Shown here: piece by piece, positions 61,972-64,000 of the stretch
Numbering within the stretch: position 1 is the stretch's first letter
Layout of the letters: each line of letters opens with the position of its first letter
Assembly (NCBI GenBank): GCA_963850995.1
Contig: CAWKNQ010000017.1
Coordinates: forward strand, 11,115 to 75,114
DNA length: 64,000 bases
DNA from: an uncultured Gaiellaceae bacterium
Lineage (GTDB): Bacteria; Actinomycetota; Thermoleophilia; Gaiellales; Gaiellaceae
Direction: 5' to 3'
Notes under the pieces: generated by a model
Databases searched by the model: none
What the model saw: the letters and a program-made list of their open reading frames with translations, nothing else
Told to the model about the DNA's origin: nothing
Translations under genes and position numbers: made by a program

Positions 61972-64000
61972 CGCAGCCCTGGCGGCTGCGCTTCTCGCCA
62001 CACTGCCCGCGGCCGCTGCGCCAGCGCCGGCACCCGCCCCTCCGAGCGGGCCTGCGCTCGTGACGCTCGGGAAGGCGCCGACGCGCAGCTCGATCGCCTC
62101 CCAGCGCGTCTACTTCGTCTTCCCCGACCGCTATGCGAACGGCGATCCGGCGAACGACCGCGGCGGCCGGACAGGGCTCAGAGGAAGCACCGGCTTCGAT
62201 CCCGCCGACAGCGGCTGGTTCCACGGCGGCGACTATCGCGGGCTCACCGACGACTGCACGACACCGGCACGCGGCCTCGCCCGGATCAAGTCGCTGGGCT
62301 TCACGGCGGTCTGGGTGACGCCGCCGGTGCGTCAGAAGCCCGTCCAGGCGTCGAGTGCGGCGTACCACGGCTACTGGGGCCTCGACTTCACGACCGTCGA
62401 CCCGCACCTCGGCGCCGAGCGCGACTTCGCCGCCTTCGTCGATTGCGCCCACCGGCTCGGCCTGAAGGTCTACCTCGACGTGGTCGTCAACCACACCGCG
62501 GACGTGATCACGCCCACGGGCGGCTCCGCGTGGCTCGGGCCCGAGCAGAAGCCGTACCGCGACTGCCGCGGGAAGCCGTTCCTCCCGGCGCTGTACACGC
62601 TCGGACGCTTCTTCCCGTGCCTTCGCGCCGCGACGATGCCGCGGCCGCCGCTCGTCCTTGCGGCCGAGCGAGCCGCCAAGAAGCCCGCGTGGCTGAACGA
62701 CGTCCGCCGCTACCACAACCGCGGCGACGTCAACTTCGACTCGTGCAGCGAGCTCTGCTTCGAGCAGGGCGACTTCTTCGGGCTCGACGACCTCTTCACC
62801 GAGCAGCCGACGGTCGTGCAAGGCCTCGCCGAGATCCACGCCGGCTGGATCCGCCGCTACAAGGTCGACGGCTTCAGAGTCGACACCGCGCGCCACGTGA
62901 ACCGGGACTTCTTCACGCTCTGGGTTTCTCAGATCCAGGCGGCGGCGCGCGCTGCGGGTGTCCGCGACTTCGAGCTCTTCGGCGAGGCCTTCGTCACGAG
63001 CGCGGTCGACCTCGCTCCCTACGTGCGCGACCGGGGGCTGCCGAACGTGCTCGACTTCCCGCTCCAGGATGCCGCCGTCGGCTTCGCCTCCGGTCAGGTC
63101 GGCGCCGGCGGGATCGCCTCGCGACTCGAGGACGACGACTACTTCCTGCTGCCGAACGGGGCCGCCCACACGCCGCCGACGTTTCTGGGCAACCACGACA
63201 TGGGGCGCGGTGCGGCTCTGATCCGGACGCGCGCCGGCGTTGGCGGCGCGCCCTGGCTGCGCCGGGTCCTGCTCGGCCACGACCTGCTCTACCTGCTGCG
63301 TGGCGCGCCCGTCGTCCTCTACGGCGACGAGGTCGGCCTCGCCGGCCGGGGCGGCGACAAGGCGGCGCGGCAGGATCTCTTCCCGACCCAGGTGCGTGAG
63401 TGGCAGACCGAGGAGCGCGTCGGCGCGCCGCCGATCGGGACACGGTCTTCCTTCGACGTCACCAGCCACCCGGTGATCGCGCGGCTGCGGACGCTCGGCG
63501 CGCTGCGCGACGCCCATCCGACCCTCTCGACCGGCGCGAGCGTCGTCCGTCGCGCCGCCGGGAGCGTCTTCGCGGTGAGCCGGATCGACACGGCCGGACG
63601 GCGGGAGTACCTCGCGGCCTTCAACGCCGGCACGGCGCCGGCGCGCGTGACGCTGCGCACCTCGACGCCGCGCTCGGCCTGGGCGCCGCTCTTGGGTGGC
63701 GGGCGGGTGTCGAGCACCGCCACCGGCGACCTGACGTTCACGGTGCCGGCGCTCTCGACCGTCCTGCTCCGGGCCCAGGGCCGGATCCCGGCGGCGCGGG
63801 CGGCTGCGCCGACGGTGCAGGTCGCCGCTGACGACCTGAGCGAGCTCCTGCGTGTGAGCGCGACTCCGGCCGCCGCGGGCACGGCGAGCGTCTCGTTCGC
63901 GGTCAAGCGCGCCCGGACCGGCTGGCGCCGGCTCGCCGCCGACGACTCGCCGCCGTTCCGCGCCTTCCTCGACCCGCGGGACTACGACCGCGGCGAGACG
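61955..64000 (+). CDS. Secreted GH13 alpha-amylase-family enzyme (3' end outside the window)
   Basis: This gene is not in the ORF track because the frame stays open to the window edge. GTG at 61955 overlaps the ATPase gene by 17 nt, followed by a signal peptide ([22 protein letters not shown]). GH13 motifs follow: [20 protein letters not shown]...[52 protein letters not shown]. Confidence 0.8.

Overview
This is a high-GC chromosomal segment that looks like Actinomycetota. A typical coding line (13321-13380) hand-counts to A7 C22 G20 T11. GTG/TTG starts, 4-nt GTGA/ATGA start-stop overlaps and an apparently leaderless promoter fit that assignment.

Core content:
- A de novo purine cluster (purL-purF ... 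purM-purN-purH), exonuclease VII (xseA/xseB), cystathionine beta-synthase and proline dehydrogenase.
- Homogentisate-pathway genes (hppD, an FAH-like gene, hmgA).
- A maltodextrin-type ABC uptake locus with two GH13 genes.
- A GT4/flippase-like/glycerate-kinase group.
- Five EamA/DMT transporters and at least five VOC/glyoxalase-fold genes.
- Small regulators: two PadR, one MarR, one ArsR-like, one Lrp/AsnC.

I found no rRNA, tRNA, CRISPR array, transposase, integrase, reverse transcriptase or recognisable defence gene. Many long ORFs in the track are antisense or out-of-frame artefacts of the high GC content.

Three things stand out:
1. A ~2.1 kb block at 45168-47267 is ORF-poor, low in GC and strongly strand-skewed (T far above A, G above C). 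It lies between two decayed surface-protein genes. Its composition is what strand-specific C-to-T conversion of ordinary local DNA would produce.
2. A low-GC 23-bp palindrome, CCAAGTAACAG[A/T]CTGTTACTTGG, occurs as three perfect copies, one degenerate copy and one half-site. Copies sit in frame inside purL and inside a membrane-protein gene, and two copies supply the TAA stop of a gene. A second, unrelated 23-nt low-GC hairpin sits in frame in the glycerate kinase gene.
3. Reading-frame breaks are very unevenly distributed. Four secreted or surface protein genes are riddled with frameshifts, while most neighbouring housekeeping genes are intact.

All functional calls come from reading motifs in the translations. 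No database search was run.
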